A DNA stretch of 64,000 bases from Amoebidium appalachense (taxonomy: Eukaryota; Protista; Ichthyosporea), in the NCBI GenBank assembly GCA_963693365.1, contig CAVNZM010000010.1, positions 2,666,001-2,730,000 of the forward strand, given 5' to 3'. The notes under the pieces are model-generated. The model saw nothing but the letters and a program-made list of their open reading frames with translations. It made no database searches and was not told where the DNA came from. The position numbers and the translations under genes are program-made. Positions 25,893-38,793 of this stretch are shown here, in pieces. Position 1 is the stretch's first letter. Each line of letters opens with the position of its first letter.

Positions 25893-26978
25893 ATGGTGCA
25901 TCCGGCGGTAGCATGTGCTGCGCTTGCGCTGTGCTGGGCGGGGGTCTATGGGCAGAAGGAGTTTGTGCCCAACCAGCGCATATTCGGCGGGGAGGAGGCG
26001 CGGCAGGGCCAGCCCTGGATGGTGTCCTTCACCACGCCCACAGGCAGTGCCTACTGCGGAGGCGCACTCATAGCCCCGTCCTGGGTGCTGACGGCCGCGC
26101 ACTGCCCCGTTGCCACGGGCCACGTAGCGCTGGTGGGGGCAGGCAAGGTGCTGGGCAACACTAAGGACTTTAATTGGAGGGGGGTCAAGGCGATTATCGA
26201 GCACAGGGCCTTCAACCACCAGACGCTGGACAACGACATATTGCTGGTGCAGCTGGACCAGCCCGTCCTCATAGCACAGTACATGCGCCTCCACGACACC
26301 CAGCCCCCACCACCAGACAACCCTACTGCCCCCGTGCCCGAGACCACGTTTAAGGTCATAGGCTGGGGCCTGACAGAGGAAGGGCCCAACCGGCTAGCCA
26401 CCACCCTGCGAGAGGTGACCCTGTTTGGAATCAGCCGGCCAGTGTGCAAGGCTCTTGTGCAGGCAAACACCGACCCACGCCGTCAACTGTGCGCTGGTGG
26501 TTGGGAAAAGGACGCGTGCAAAGGAGACAGTGGCGGGCCACTGTTCAACGCGGGCATGGATCCAGCCAACGGGGCGTGCCAGATAGGTGTGGTCAGCTTC
26601 GGTCCTTCGTGTGCACGCACCACAGGGCCCCAGAGGAGGCTGCGTGGGGGAGCGTACACGCTGGTGCCCGCCTACCTGCAGTGGATCAGAGACGTTATCG
26701 CCAAAACTGAGGGGCCCCAGGCAGCAGCACAGGTGCGCACGTGCAGGGTGGCCTCCAGCAACGCAAACTATGCCCGCAGTGTGTCGCCTGCACACGCTGC
26801 CCCTGCACCCTTGCAAGGACCCACAGGCACCACAGTAGCAATGCGTCGATTGCTAGCTATTGGCAAGTGGGGGCGTAAGAGCAAGGGAAAGGCGGGCAAG
26901 AAGAACATATGGGATGAGGGGTTGGACTCGGGAGCAGTGGTTGTGGCGAAAGAGGGGATGAATGAGTGGGACGAGTGA
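25893..26978 (+). CDS. Secreted trypsin-like serine protease (family S1A), intronless
   Basis: Signal peptide, R|IFGG activation site, CGGALIAPSWVLTAAHC (His), DNDILL (Asp), DACKGDSGGP (Ser; Asp in the S1 pocket), GVVSFG, and a basic C-terminal tail. Confidence 0.95.
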   Translation: MVHPAVACAALALCWAGVYGQKEFVPNQRIFGGEEARQGQPWMVSFTTPTGSAYCGGALIAPSWVLTAAHCPVATGHVALVGAGKVLGNTKDFNWRGVKAIIEHRAFNHQTLDNDILLVQLDQPVLIAQYMRLHDTQPPPPDNPTAPVPETTFKVIGWGLTEEGPNRLATTLREVTLFGISRPVCKALVQANTDPRRQLCAGGWEKDACKGDSGGPLFNAGMDPANGACQIGVVSFGPSCARTTGPQRRLRGGAYTLVPAYLQWIRDVIAKTEGPQAAAQVRTCRVASSNANYARSVSPAHAAPAPLQGPTGTTVAMRRLLAIGKWGRKSKGKAGKKNIWDEGLDSGAVVVAKEGMNEWDE

Positions 26979-28977
26979 ACGGAGTTTTGTGTGCGCACGT
27001 GTACCGTATAACGATTATATAAATAATGCTACCTGAGCTGTATATCATAGTGAGTGACTGGTAATGTCAAGAATGCAGAACCACCTGATTTCAGCAAAAC
27101 ACATTTTTTTTCATTGTGAGCAGGTACTCACAGGGCAATAATTGACTTGTAGTCAAGCCAAATAACATTAAGGCCGAGCAAGATGCTCTTAAATAAAAGG
27201 TGCAACACCGCAGTTTCCAACACCTGAATCTTAGGCTGAAAAATGGTGAGAGGTGTACCTCATAATAGTCTGAACGACAAAAACGAACAGATATCAGAGC
27301 TGCCTGGGTAGAATGCATAAGAGGGGTGCAAGCACAGGGCACAAGTGCATAACACGCAACACGCTATGAAACACCTGTGAATATGTTTCCACGGTCGTTC
27401 AGCTTGATGTGCACAACTAACATGACCAGCCTGAACCACCAGAAAATTCTTGCTTAACGTAACCTTTTGTATGGTTTATCGTTTATTTTCGCCGCGCAAG
27501 GCTTGGCGAGACTGCCTGATCTTTGTCCAACACCTGCTTTTTTTGTGTGTGTGTGGGGTTTGTTTGCTGTCGCAGCGCTGCTGCCTATCCGAAAAAAGGA
27601 TATAAGGCATGCAGATGTACAGAAGGGGCGAGAGAGAAAGGGGGGGGGGGGGGGGGGGGGGGAGAGAAGAGAAATGGAGGGTGGAAAGGACACAGGACGA
27701 AGGGAGATAGAGGGAGGGAGAGAGGGGAAGTGGGCGAGAAGAGGGACGTAAAGAGGCTCATGCTGACGGTGGTAGAGCCTGCTTGCGAGGCGATCTTGGG
27801 GCGTATGCCTTGGTGCTCTAGGTAGAATTAATACGGAGAGCATAGGGGTGCCGCAGGAACTTCCTTCCAGATCACTGTGTGCACATCAGTTCTTTCGACA
27901 CTCAGATATGCCCGGGTACTCTGGCACGCGCAGACTTTGCCGGGCCCAGCTGGGCGGCTTTGGCTATGCGACAAAAGAGCTGAGTACATAGTGTACAACA
28001 TAGTGGTATGCAATCTGTGCATATATGATAGAAAATACGCGTACACAACTTCTTATGACCGGGCACCAGAGTCTGTGACTGTGAGCTACAAACAACACAT
28101 GGCCCGGGTACCATATCAGGAGCGGGCAATTTTTGAATTCTCCCTCCCCGGCCCCGCCGGGGAAAATTTGAGGTTTTTGGACCTCAAAGAAGTCAAATCC
28201 TGCAAAATCCACTACCGGGAGGCCAAAAAGGGTGATTTTACAAAAAAGGAGGGACATACATGAAAAAGAGAAAATGGGCGAGTTCAGTGGGCTGCCGATA
28301 AGTATATTTCGTGCTGGGCCGGTATACATGCTGCCGTGGTTGTTGCTGTAGACGGCAGTATGGCATCGCATGTGTCACGTGACCTGCACGTGAATGCGAC
28401 CATGTGCAGGCACTGAGTCTAGGGGGATTTGTATGTGTGTTTTGGAGCACCGACAAGGCAGAGCCAGGGTGAGGGATGTGTAAACATGGAGTTTAGGGAG
28501 ATCGTGCTGCTATTGTAACATGTGCACAAAACAGCCACGTGCACCGGCACACTCCGGTGTACAGAACAATAATATGCACATGCGTCACTGTAATATCATG
28601 TATGCGCATGCCGCACAAGGTTTAGGAGACCACCACAGTATATACTATTTTCTTTTGGTTGATATCCATGTAGGAATGGTGTGTTGCAGTTGTCATGATC
28701 AGCCTGAGGCAGGCACGTGCACTCACTGAATCACTAGAACTCATGAATAAAAAATACATTCGCTAAAAACGGCAAGGTAAATTTGGGGCCAAGCTATTAT
28801 TTCCCCCTTTTAAACGTTTTTTTAGCTCCAAGAACTTCGACGCCAAAATTTCTATATTTGGCCATCGTATATGATAATGAACACGTGTACTTAAATTAAA
28901 GTAGTTATATAAATATGAGCGGCCCGTTACAAATACAGTGACGAAAAACAGTGACCCACGAGCAGTTTTTCTTTCTA

Positions 28978-29012
<35 letters not shown>

Positions 29013-30333
29013 ACCCACACACACACACACACCAGACACACACACCACCACCACGGTGACCACCACCACCACCACCACCACCACTCACCCCTTAAAAAAA
29101 CCACACACATACGTGCACGTGTACACACACACACAGAACACCACCACCACCTCCACTGGACCCCATTTCCTCGTTGTTTTCTTAAGCCTTCAGACCAGTC
29201 CTGCACACTGGAGTTAAACAATTGAATTCACCTAGGCTGACATGCATCCACCCCCGCCTTCCACTTCCCTCCCCCCACCCCCTCCCCCCCACCCCCCCCA
29301 CCCCCACCCCTCCCCCTCGATGAAGAAGGGCCCCCGTAAGCCTTGGGGGGGGGGGGGGAGGGGGGGGGGAAGGGGAAGGGGGGAGCTCTTGAGCCTCCGG
29401 GTAGGGAAGTGGGGTCCGGGGATCCGGAGAGGAGGGGGGGGGGGGGGGGGGGGGAAGGGGCATATAATATTGGGCCTAGATATCATAGTATGGGGCCCCG
29501 GGGGAGGGAGAGGTGGGGGGGGGAGGGGGGGGAGGATCCACGGGAAAGACCTTTAGGTGCATGTTCTTATTTATACCCCCTTCGAATCATCCCCCCTCTC
29601 CCCCCCCTCCCCCCCTGAGTGCAGGCCGTGACGTAGCTACGATAACCCTGCAGAAGGCAACAAAAATGTATTAATTACTAGCACTATACATGTGTTCATA
29701 GTGCAGCTTGCACCACGTATGATCTCAGCAACTTTAAAGTAGTCACAAAGTTTAGTTATTTTCATTATTTTCATTGCTCTGAACTCTATTACTCTGAAAT
29801 GATCACCGTGCATGTGCCGCAAGATAACAACCCTATATGTGTGCAGCTGCTGCCTGCAGGTTAGACTCGCTGAAAAGACAATTGTCAGTGTGCATCCGAC
29901 GCTTGCAGCTGCAGCTAGCCTCTGCAACATTAATACTTGCCAAGTGAATGCTCTTACACTTGATCATCATTCACTCAAAAAACCGAGGACCGACAGATTA
30001 AATATTAATGTCGATCCGAATGATCAGCAAGTGTCTATGCGTACTACTATATATACACACACGTAAAATGCGAAGCTATCAGTTACAAGGCACACCTGCT
30101 GCACTGGCACACATACACATACACACCGGCAGATCGATGCTGTCAAAATTTACTTTCATGTACTTCGTAGGTCCGACACAGGTGCACATGAACACGTACA
30201 TATGTACAAGCCGCGCACACACCACACCACACATACACACACACACACACACACTCACACACACACACGCACACACGCACACACGCACACACGCACGCAC
30301 GCACGCACACACACACACACACGCACGCACGCG

Positions 30334-30396
<63 letters not shown>

Positions 30397-30722
30397 GACA
30401 CACACACACACACACACATCACTGGGTGCGCTCGCTGGGGATTAGTTTTTTGGCACGCTGTTGACTTTATCGTGTGTTTATTATTTGCTATTTATTGGCC
30501 AGCGGCCAACATTTAAAAATATACTATATACCTAAAAATAGATACTGACTACGGCCAGCAGACATTATACACCTTCCAGGACACATTAACACCAATAGTC
30601 TAACACACCATACTCTCGATCACAAAGAATTCCTAACAAACAGAGAAAAGTGCAAAGGCTCTGTACTATTACTCAGATTCTAAATTTTAATTCTTTACAG
30701 TAAACTTCGGAATGAAAGCTAG

Positions 30723-30757
<35 letters not shown>

Positions 30758-30843
30758 CCCCTAACATGACTGTACGAAGAACAGGTATAACTTGAAGCAC
30801 TACAACACATATGAGATCCGTTACATTGGTGTACATTCCAATA

Positions 30844-32515
30844 TTAGACACTAGTTTGGCTACTCTGACTACTCTGAGATCCTGATTGGCTGCCTGCAGA
30901 CTTGCGGCCACGATTACTTTGCTTTCGATCGTGCCATTGCAGCTGCGTCTCTCCAGCAGGTGGCAACGCCAGGCCCAGCACAGCAGATGCACGAGAAGGG
31001 GGTGGGAACTGCCCACCAGCCGAGGGCTGGCCCACATGGCCCAAGTAAGGATGGGGACCGTGCTGCGGCAGTAGCCCAGGCATGGGGAAGGCAGGGCCGG
31101 GCTGAGGCGGCATGATGCCCCACGGTGGGGGCCAGCCATGTGGGTGGTGCGGGCCTGGATGGGGTGCAGGGGGCATGTGCGGCACATGGCCCTGCTGCAT
31201 GTCAAGCGCGGGTGCTGGTGGCATGGCATCCTGATTGGCTGCAACCCAACGTGGGCAGCTCTTGGCCCGATTGGAGCCGGGGCAGCCCTTGCCCTGGCGG
31301 CCACACGTCTTGCAGGTCTTGGGGGCTCTCTGGGGTGGCTGCATAGGAGGGGGCACCGGCAAATCCATCTGCAGGGGCCCCTCAGGGCCAATGTTGCGAT
31401 GCTTTTTGCCCACTAGCATGGGCAAGGGCCGCTCACGCTGCGCCCCTGCATCGACACCGTCTGGAACAGGGAGGGGTGGCAAGGGGGCAGGCCGTATGGT
31501 TGCTGGCACAGCGTCTGCCCTCTCCTCGCGCATACGCTTGCGGTGATCTGCCAGGCCCTCGTGTGTGGAGCGCTGTGCATGTGCCGTCTGCCAGGTCTTC
31601 CACTTGTCGAAATGCTTCTTGATGTAGGCCGCATCCTTCATGTAGATTCCCCCAGCCACAGAGGCAGCCTTGTTGAAGTCTTGGGCCAAAGCCTCGAACA
31701 GCTGGCCGTTGGGCTTTGCATGTGCCTTGTAGGTGCCCAGGAGCAGCGTGCTGAATAGCTTGCGCTCCTGAGGGGTAAGCACCGGAAGGAAGGGGATGGC
31801 CACATGTTGCTTCTGCGCCAGGAACTTGTAGTCGCCCCTCAGTGCAGGGTCCGGCTGTGGTGCACCACGCGCCACCTGGTTGCCCCCCCCCCATGGCAGC
31901 ACCGTCACCCTCCTCGACCTCACAGTCCTCTGGCCCGCCCATCACGCCATTGGCTGCAGGCTCGATGTTATCAGACGGAGGTGGGGGTGCGGGCACCGCA
32001 ACTGGCTCCTGCGCCGGGGCATTGGCCACACAGGAGAGCGGGGCAAAGTTGAAGTACTCCTCCGGTAGCTTGTAGCAGCCTACGGGTACCCACTGGGGGT
32101 CGAGGTGATGGCCGTACAGCATCAGCGCCAGTGCCTCCATGTCGTCAACAATCCAGGGGCTGTAGTGGGGGGGCCCCGATGCCTGGCCCAGGCGGTTGCG
32201 GTAGTGTGCACGCAGGTTGTGGCGGTGGCGCCTATTGGACATGGTGGCGTCCAGCAGGCGCAGCGACATGCGTGTGGCCCCAAAGTGGGTGGCCAGGGGG
32301 TTGTGCACTGCCCCCTCCACCTCGTTGGTGCCCCGGATGCAGCGGTAGCGCATGAGCCCATCTGCGTCGGCAGTGGTCTCGTAGTAGAGGGGCAGGCCGG
32401 GGGGGTCCGACAGACAGCCATTTTGGGCGTGTTCGAGCAGCGACTGTGGGGGCACAAGCAAACATCAGAGAGATGGGTGGGTGGTGGTGGTGGTAGTGTG
32501 TGTGTATGTGTGTGT

Positions 32516-32568
<53 letters not shown>

Positions 32569-32640
32569 TGGGGTTGCTAAGGAAAAAAACGAGCAGGGAA
32601 AGGCAAAAAACAACTGGCTAGGCAGCAAGGGCCGTGCGGG

Positions 32641-32694
<54 letters not shown>

Positions 32695-33295
32695 TGTGTG
32701 TGTGTGTATGTTTGGGGGGGGGGGGGGGGGGGGGGGGGGGAGGCTAGGGTGTGCGTGTGTGTGCAGATGAACCAAGGATGACAAATAAGCGAAGAATCTT
32801 TTCTGTGGTGGTGGAGTTGTTGGGCGCCTGCAGGGGGAGGGGGGGGGGGGGGGGTTGTTGCCTCGAGTCTTTCAAAGCCATCCTTCTTGAACAGAGGCTT
32901 GCCATCCGGTCCGGGCGGCACATCCTTGTAGGTGTTTTTGAACTCCACCAGCCGCGAGACCAGCGTGTATGGGTCGGGAATAACCCGCCGGATGCGCTCC
33001 ATGAAGTAGCTCAGGTCGCCGCCCTTGAGCTCGGTTTCAATGTCGATGCCCTTCTGCTCCAGCACCCCCTGTGAGGCAGGATGCCAATATTAATTTACTA
33101 CGCACACTGCAATTTGGGTTTGGTAGACTTTGATACCTGCCGTTATTGTAGGACCCCTCCCCTCCACCCCCCCCATCTTCTCCCCCAACACAAGTAAAAA
33201 ATGCATGTGGCTATTTCCCCCCACAACCCTACATTATTTCTCTCTAGGCATATGAATAACCCCCACTCTCCTCCCCCCCCCTCCCCCCCCCCCCC

Positions 33296-33329
<34 letters not shown>

Positions 33330-34376
33330 TTGCCCCCCTCTCTCTGAGGCTCAGGCTCTCTCTCTTCCCTCAGAAGTTTTGTCGAAGGTGTGCATGGTTG
33401 TGGGTGGAATGGTGAGTGTGTGCTAACGAGTGTATGTGTGTGTGCGCGTCAGTCACGCATGTTGTTGTTGCCGTTTTTTTTATTTTTATTTTTTATTTTT
33501 TATTTTGGGGGGGGGGGGGAGAGGGGGGGGCACCTTCACATGTCCGTAATCCTCTTCATTCCACACAAATATTGCCTCGCTGAGTGAGCGTGCGTACTCA
33601 GCCCTGCGGGGGTGTGACTTGTACGTGCCGTCCGCCGTGTTTGCAATGGAGTGGAAGGCGTCATTCAGCACAGTCTGCCACACCACCTCCCCAGGCGGTG
33701 CCTGGCCCAACATGCCCTCTCTGGGAGCTGCCTCGGGTCCCCCTGGGGCTGCCTCAAGGCCCCCCGGGGCTGCCTGGGGGTCCTGGGGGGGTGCCTGTGG
33801 GCCGGCAAGGGGTTGCTGCTGCTCGGCAGGGGGAGGACTGGCAGGGGGAGGGGCTGGGTCAGGGACCACCGGCACCTCGGCACCTGGGTCCGGTGGGGGC
33901 TGAATGGGCCGTAGCCACTGCAGGTGCACCATCAGCTCAAAGGGCGGCGGGCCCAGCTCTCCCAGGGTCTTGCCCTTGTCGGGGCCAAAGGGCACCTGCA
34001 TGGCCGGCGACAGCACCTGATCCACCCGCACCACTGCATGCTTCTTGCCCACCTTCATGCCCCCCCAGCGCTCCGGCTGCACAGCCAGCACCACCCCGGT
34101 GGCTGCTGCAGCATGTGGGCCCCGCCGGGGCACAATCTCAACCCCTTCACCGAGTGCCTTTGCATGAAGCCGCGCTGCATGTCATAGAGGGAAGCAAAAA
34201 ACTCAGCCAAAAAGCCACAGCACCAACGTTTTTCTCTTCGCTCCACAAAAATCAAATGCATATTCCTTAGCAACCCCCCTTCCCCCCCCCCCCCCCCCCC
34301 CCCCTTCTCCCTCCCCCCCCCCCCCTCTCCCAGTGCCCAGCTTGTGTGGCACTTGCACGTGTTAACAGTGCTATAG

Positions 34377-34412
<36 letters not shown>

Positions 34413-34506
34413 ACCACCACCACCACCACCACCAATCACCCCCTCCTTTGATAGCCACCCGACACCCAGCATAACACAACTGGAACACTGGCCCATGTGG
34501 TCAGCC

Positions 34507-34560
<54 letters not shown>

Positions 34561-36054
34561 CTCCCCCTCCCCTCTCCTCTGGGGGGCCCACAATCTTTCT
34601 ATATCTGGCATAAGCACATAAGCACTGGGGCAAAAAGCAGGTGGGATACACACCTGACAGGTTTGGCCTATCGACCACGGCCGAGTAGACCTGCAGGGAC
34701 GCATATGCATCAAGGGCAGCGTAGGTGGCCTGCACCTCTGATAGCGGCTCGTGCCAGTTGGAGCATCGAACAAGTGCCGGCTTGGGCAGCTTCTTGCCTA
34801 TGACCTGGGCAGTGATGTCGGCCAAGCCCCGGGCCGCAGAGGTGATAGCTGCACGGGCATAGCAGAACCGGCCCAGCTCCAGATAGCTGGCCACAGGGGT
34901 GCCGTAGTCCTTGTTGAGGTGGGCCGAGTCCGTGCCGATCTGCTTGCCCACCTTGATGATGCTGGGGTCCCTAAGCAGCGCAATCAGCTCGTCCACCAGC
35001 CGCGCGGGCGGGCTGTGGTTGGGGCCCATGCGTGCCAAGTGGAAGATGTACACGGCCCGTGCGGTGGCAATCTGCAGCGTGCAAACCTTGGACCGCGCCT
35101 GGCCCACCCGATAGACCCACTCGCAGTCCAGCCCCACCACGCGGTGCTGCTGCCCCTCCAGGTCGGCACGAATGGCCGCTGTAGCCACCACCGCCCCCTG
35201 GCAGTCGGTGTACACCGGCTTAGGGTAGTTGGCCGGCAGCTCCAGCCCAGGCAGACCGTCCGTCACGCTTACCAGCGCAGCCTCGTTCAGACGGACGGGG
35301 CATTTTGGCCGGGCTAGGGTTGGAAACATGCGCTCAACAAACGCCCGGTCTTGGCAGCACCGATCTGTGTAGAAGAAGGCCGGGCCCTTGCTGTTGAGCG
35401 CCGCCGTGGTGGCAGAGATGCGCTGGATCACGGGCTCAATCTCCTGGTGGCTGCAGTCCCGTGTAAATACCTGCGCCCGGATCTCTGGGGTGCCGCACTG
35501 TGTGAGAGGGCATCTCCGAGCAGCCATGCATGTTCTAGCTTCCCTTACCACATGGCCCTTCACGAGACTTCAGTGCCCACACAATCCTTTCCCCCTCCCT
35601 CCCCCCAAACCCATGTGCCCACATACTTTCCCCTCCCTCTCCCCCAAAACCCTTCCCCCTCCTTCCCCCCAAACCCATGTGCCCACATACTTTCCCCAGG
35701 CCTCCCTTTCCCCCAAAATCTTCCCCCCCCCCCTCCCCCCTAAACCCATGTACCTACAATCCTTCCCCCTTCCTCCCCCTAAACCCTTGTGATCACAATC
35801 CTTTCCCCCTCTCTGCCTTCCCCCCAAACCCATGTGCCCACGATCCTTCCCCACTCCCCCTCCCCCCAAACCATGGGACAGCCCTCCATATGGCACCTAC
35901 TGTCCCCCCCCCCCCCCCCCCCCCCACCCCACCCCGGGCCTCTTGCCCTCTCTACCTTCAACCCCGACGGTGGTGTCTCTCCCCCCCCCCCCCCCCCCCC
36001 CCCTGCATCCCTTGCAATCACTGGCCCCTACTCCCATTCTGCTTGGCAGAAGCT

Positions 36055-36127
<73 letters not shown>

Positions 36128-36818
36128 ATTCCCCGCCAAAAGAAAGCTCCACCCCAGCCCACCCCAATCTCTACCCAGCAAAAACACATACACACATATC
36201 TGGAGCTTCCTAGTTTTTGCTCGACAGGGCAAGAATTGTCCCCAAAACCCACATACTACAAACCTCTACTCACAGTGTGCCACCTCATTAAATGTGGAGC
36301 CTAAGAGATTTAAAGGCCCTAGAGGGGGGAGGGGGGGGGGGGGGGGGGGAGGGGGGGCGTGTGTGTGTGTGTGTGTGGGGGGGGGGGGGTGGGCGTGTGT
36401 GGGGGGGGGGGAGGGGGGAAGGGGGCCTGGGGGAGAGTGGGGGGAGGGGGGAGAAGAGGAGGGACCACACACCGCCAAGCTCGTTTACACAAGTCCATAG
36501 GCCTCGGTACAGAGGCTCCCCATTGATGCCGGTGAGCTTCCCAATTTGGAAGGTGTGGTCGGCCTTGAGCACGTTGTTTACGGGCTTGAGCTGCGTGTCC
36601 AGGCTCTGGTACTTTGCCGTGCGGTCGCTGAACTCAGTATACACGGCACTCAGGTATTTGCCTGAACCCCAAGTACTGTTAGAACTCCACCACCCTCCCA
36701 TCAGGACCATCCCCCCCATTCCCTCTAGTCCCTCGTGTTCATCTCACCTCTCTGTATTTTCGTAAGTCTGTATGGCTTTTCCCATCTCAAAAACGCTACA
36801 CACCCATCTCCGGCCGTT

Positions 36819-36855
<37 letters not shown>

Positions 36856-37041
36856 CCCCGCCTCCCGGCGCGCGCAAACCCTCCAAGTCATTGCACCAAC
36901 TTTCACCTTCTTTCCCCTTTGTGCCCCATCTGCAGTTTGTCCCCTGCACGTCCGTTTGCCCTTCCCCCCACACCCTCCTGCCACTACTATAATAACCATT
37001 AAGTACCGCCACCAAGATCCAGTCTACCACCATGTGCCCCC

Positions 37042-37077
<36 letters not shown>

Positions 37078-37226
37078 CTCTCCACCTCCTTTCCCCCAAC
37101 ACACACAGACACACATGCGCACACCCACCATCTAATTTCAGGCATAACAGTTCTCCACGATTTCCCAAGCACACTCACTGGTACATGGACCGTTATGCTT
37201 TCACCCCTCTGATGATCCCTCTGCCC

Positions 37227-37275
<49 letters not shown>

Positions 37276-38793
37276 ACCACCACCACCACCACCACCACCA
37301 TGACTGATTGCCACCACCACCACCTAATCCATCACCATGTCCCCCCTCCCCCCCCCCCCCCTCCCCCCCCCCCCCCCCCCTCCCCACACACACACACACA
37401 CACACGGACCCACAAGTACACGCACACTCACAGGCGCACATCCACCACCACACATCCACCACCACCATAATAGAAACTTATTGACCACACTTCCAAAACC
37501 CATTTCCAAGTCCCCCCCCCCCCTAAAAAAAAAATAAAAAATAATAAAACAAAACCCTACCAAGCCAACCCAAAAAATGCCCAAGCACGTGCATACAAAA
37601 CAATGGGGACCATTTACACACCCAAAATGCAGTGCACACTTGCCTGAAGGCACATGTCCAGCGTAACCATTTTTGTCACCAAACGCCGAGAACTTAGCCG
37701 CCTGCTCCTCTGGGGGAAGTTCTGTCAGGCGCTGGTCGTGGGGGCGGAAATCGTTACGCTTTTTGAGTTCATACTTGGTCCAATGCAGCGCCCTCGAGTA
37801 ATACAGGAGCCGCTGCTCGTCGTATCGCTGCTTGTGGAGCTCCGAGAGGAGGGTGGCAAAGGCGTTTGGGCCCACACCTTTGTCTGCCAGTGCACGCAAC
37901 AATGTTACCACCTTTAGGTCGAGCCCACTGCGGTGGCTAAGGTAGGCCGGAAACTGATCACGCATGAAGAGTGGAAGGCGTTTAATTGTCTGGGGGTTTG
38001 TGCCGGCAAAGTTTTTTTTGCATGTGTCACAAAAGTACCGGGCCGTGATAATGTAGTAGCAGCTGTCAAAGTCGATAACACGCCGTCCTACGGGGTTGCT
38101 CATGAACCCATTGCGAGAAGTACGGTGTGGGTTGGGGTGGTTGTGGGGGTCCACGTAGTGATCATCGAAGGGGCACGGCACCATGAAACCGGGAGACAAC
38201 CTTTCCGGAAGCCAGGCAAAACATCTGGGTTTGTAGAAAGGCGCTGGATCGCCCCCAAATTTAAAGCCTATAATGGGAGGTGGAAGATGCCACCCCACAG
38301 GCGTCTTCTCATCTTTGAGACTCTCTTTCACTGTGTGCAGGTGCGACTTGATTGTTTCGCCCGCCGCGTCAGAAAACTCCTCTCCACCGTCATCCCCGTC
38401 CGTATTATCTTCTCCCTCTTCCTCCCCTTCATCCTCGTCTACCCGGTACGCATCTGCTGCTGCATTTAGCAAAGGTTCCTCGTCGGGTTGCACCTGTATG
38501 TCTGGTGGGTGTGGAGCAGGGGCCCGATCCATTTCTCTTGGTAACGAATGGACGCTACCTGCCTCAACTACACGGGCCCTTATGTCGGCGGCCTTAGATA
38601 GAGGGGGCTGTTCGGGTTGTACGTTTACGTTTAGTTCCTGCAAAACAGCTTTGTTTGCCGTCCCAAAACCTGCAAAGTTCGCTAAAGGCTGAACAAATGC
38701 AGCATCTTTTTTTTTGCGCCCAGCTCCCTCCCTAGCTCCGCCTGTTTTATGCCCAGGGCGCTGTGTTGTGCCCTTAGGGCAGCCTGGCTTCAT
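30844..38793 (-). mobile_element. Six-exon DUF6729-type DDE transposase (Mutator-like C/DxxH class) with an embedded WRN-like DEDDy 3'-5' exonuclease
   Basis: Approximate exons 38793-37644, 36661-36473, 35485-34654, 34174-33534, 33068-32862 and 32443-30844. Motifs: FAWLPE..MVPCP...RRVIDFDSCYYIITARYFCDTC...QFPAYLSHRSGLD; LKADHTF (D1); FYTDRCC (D2); exonuclease VVGLDCEW...LQIAT...KVGKQIGTDSAHL...SNW..PLS..Q..YAALDAY; VLNDAFH (DxxH); GCLSDPPG.PLY...YRCIRGTNEVEG (E); C-terminal CxxC..C..C. One frameshift in a G10 run at 31883-31892. Element termini were not found. Confidence 0.8.
35570..35880. repeat. Degenerate intronic minisatellite
   Basis: CCCCAAACCCATGTGCCCAC..A..CTTTCCCC recurs about 7 times within a transposase intron. 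Confidence 0.7.

Noticed and set aside
27828-28371. Overlapping ORFs of 70-135 aa and repeated GCCCGGGTAC motifs
   Set aside because: No recognisable domain or clear TIR pair; possibly a degraded TE end.
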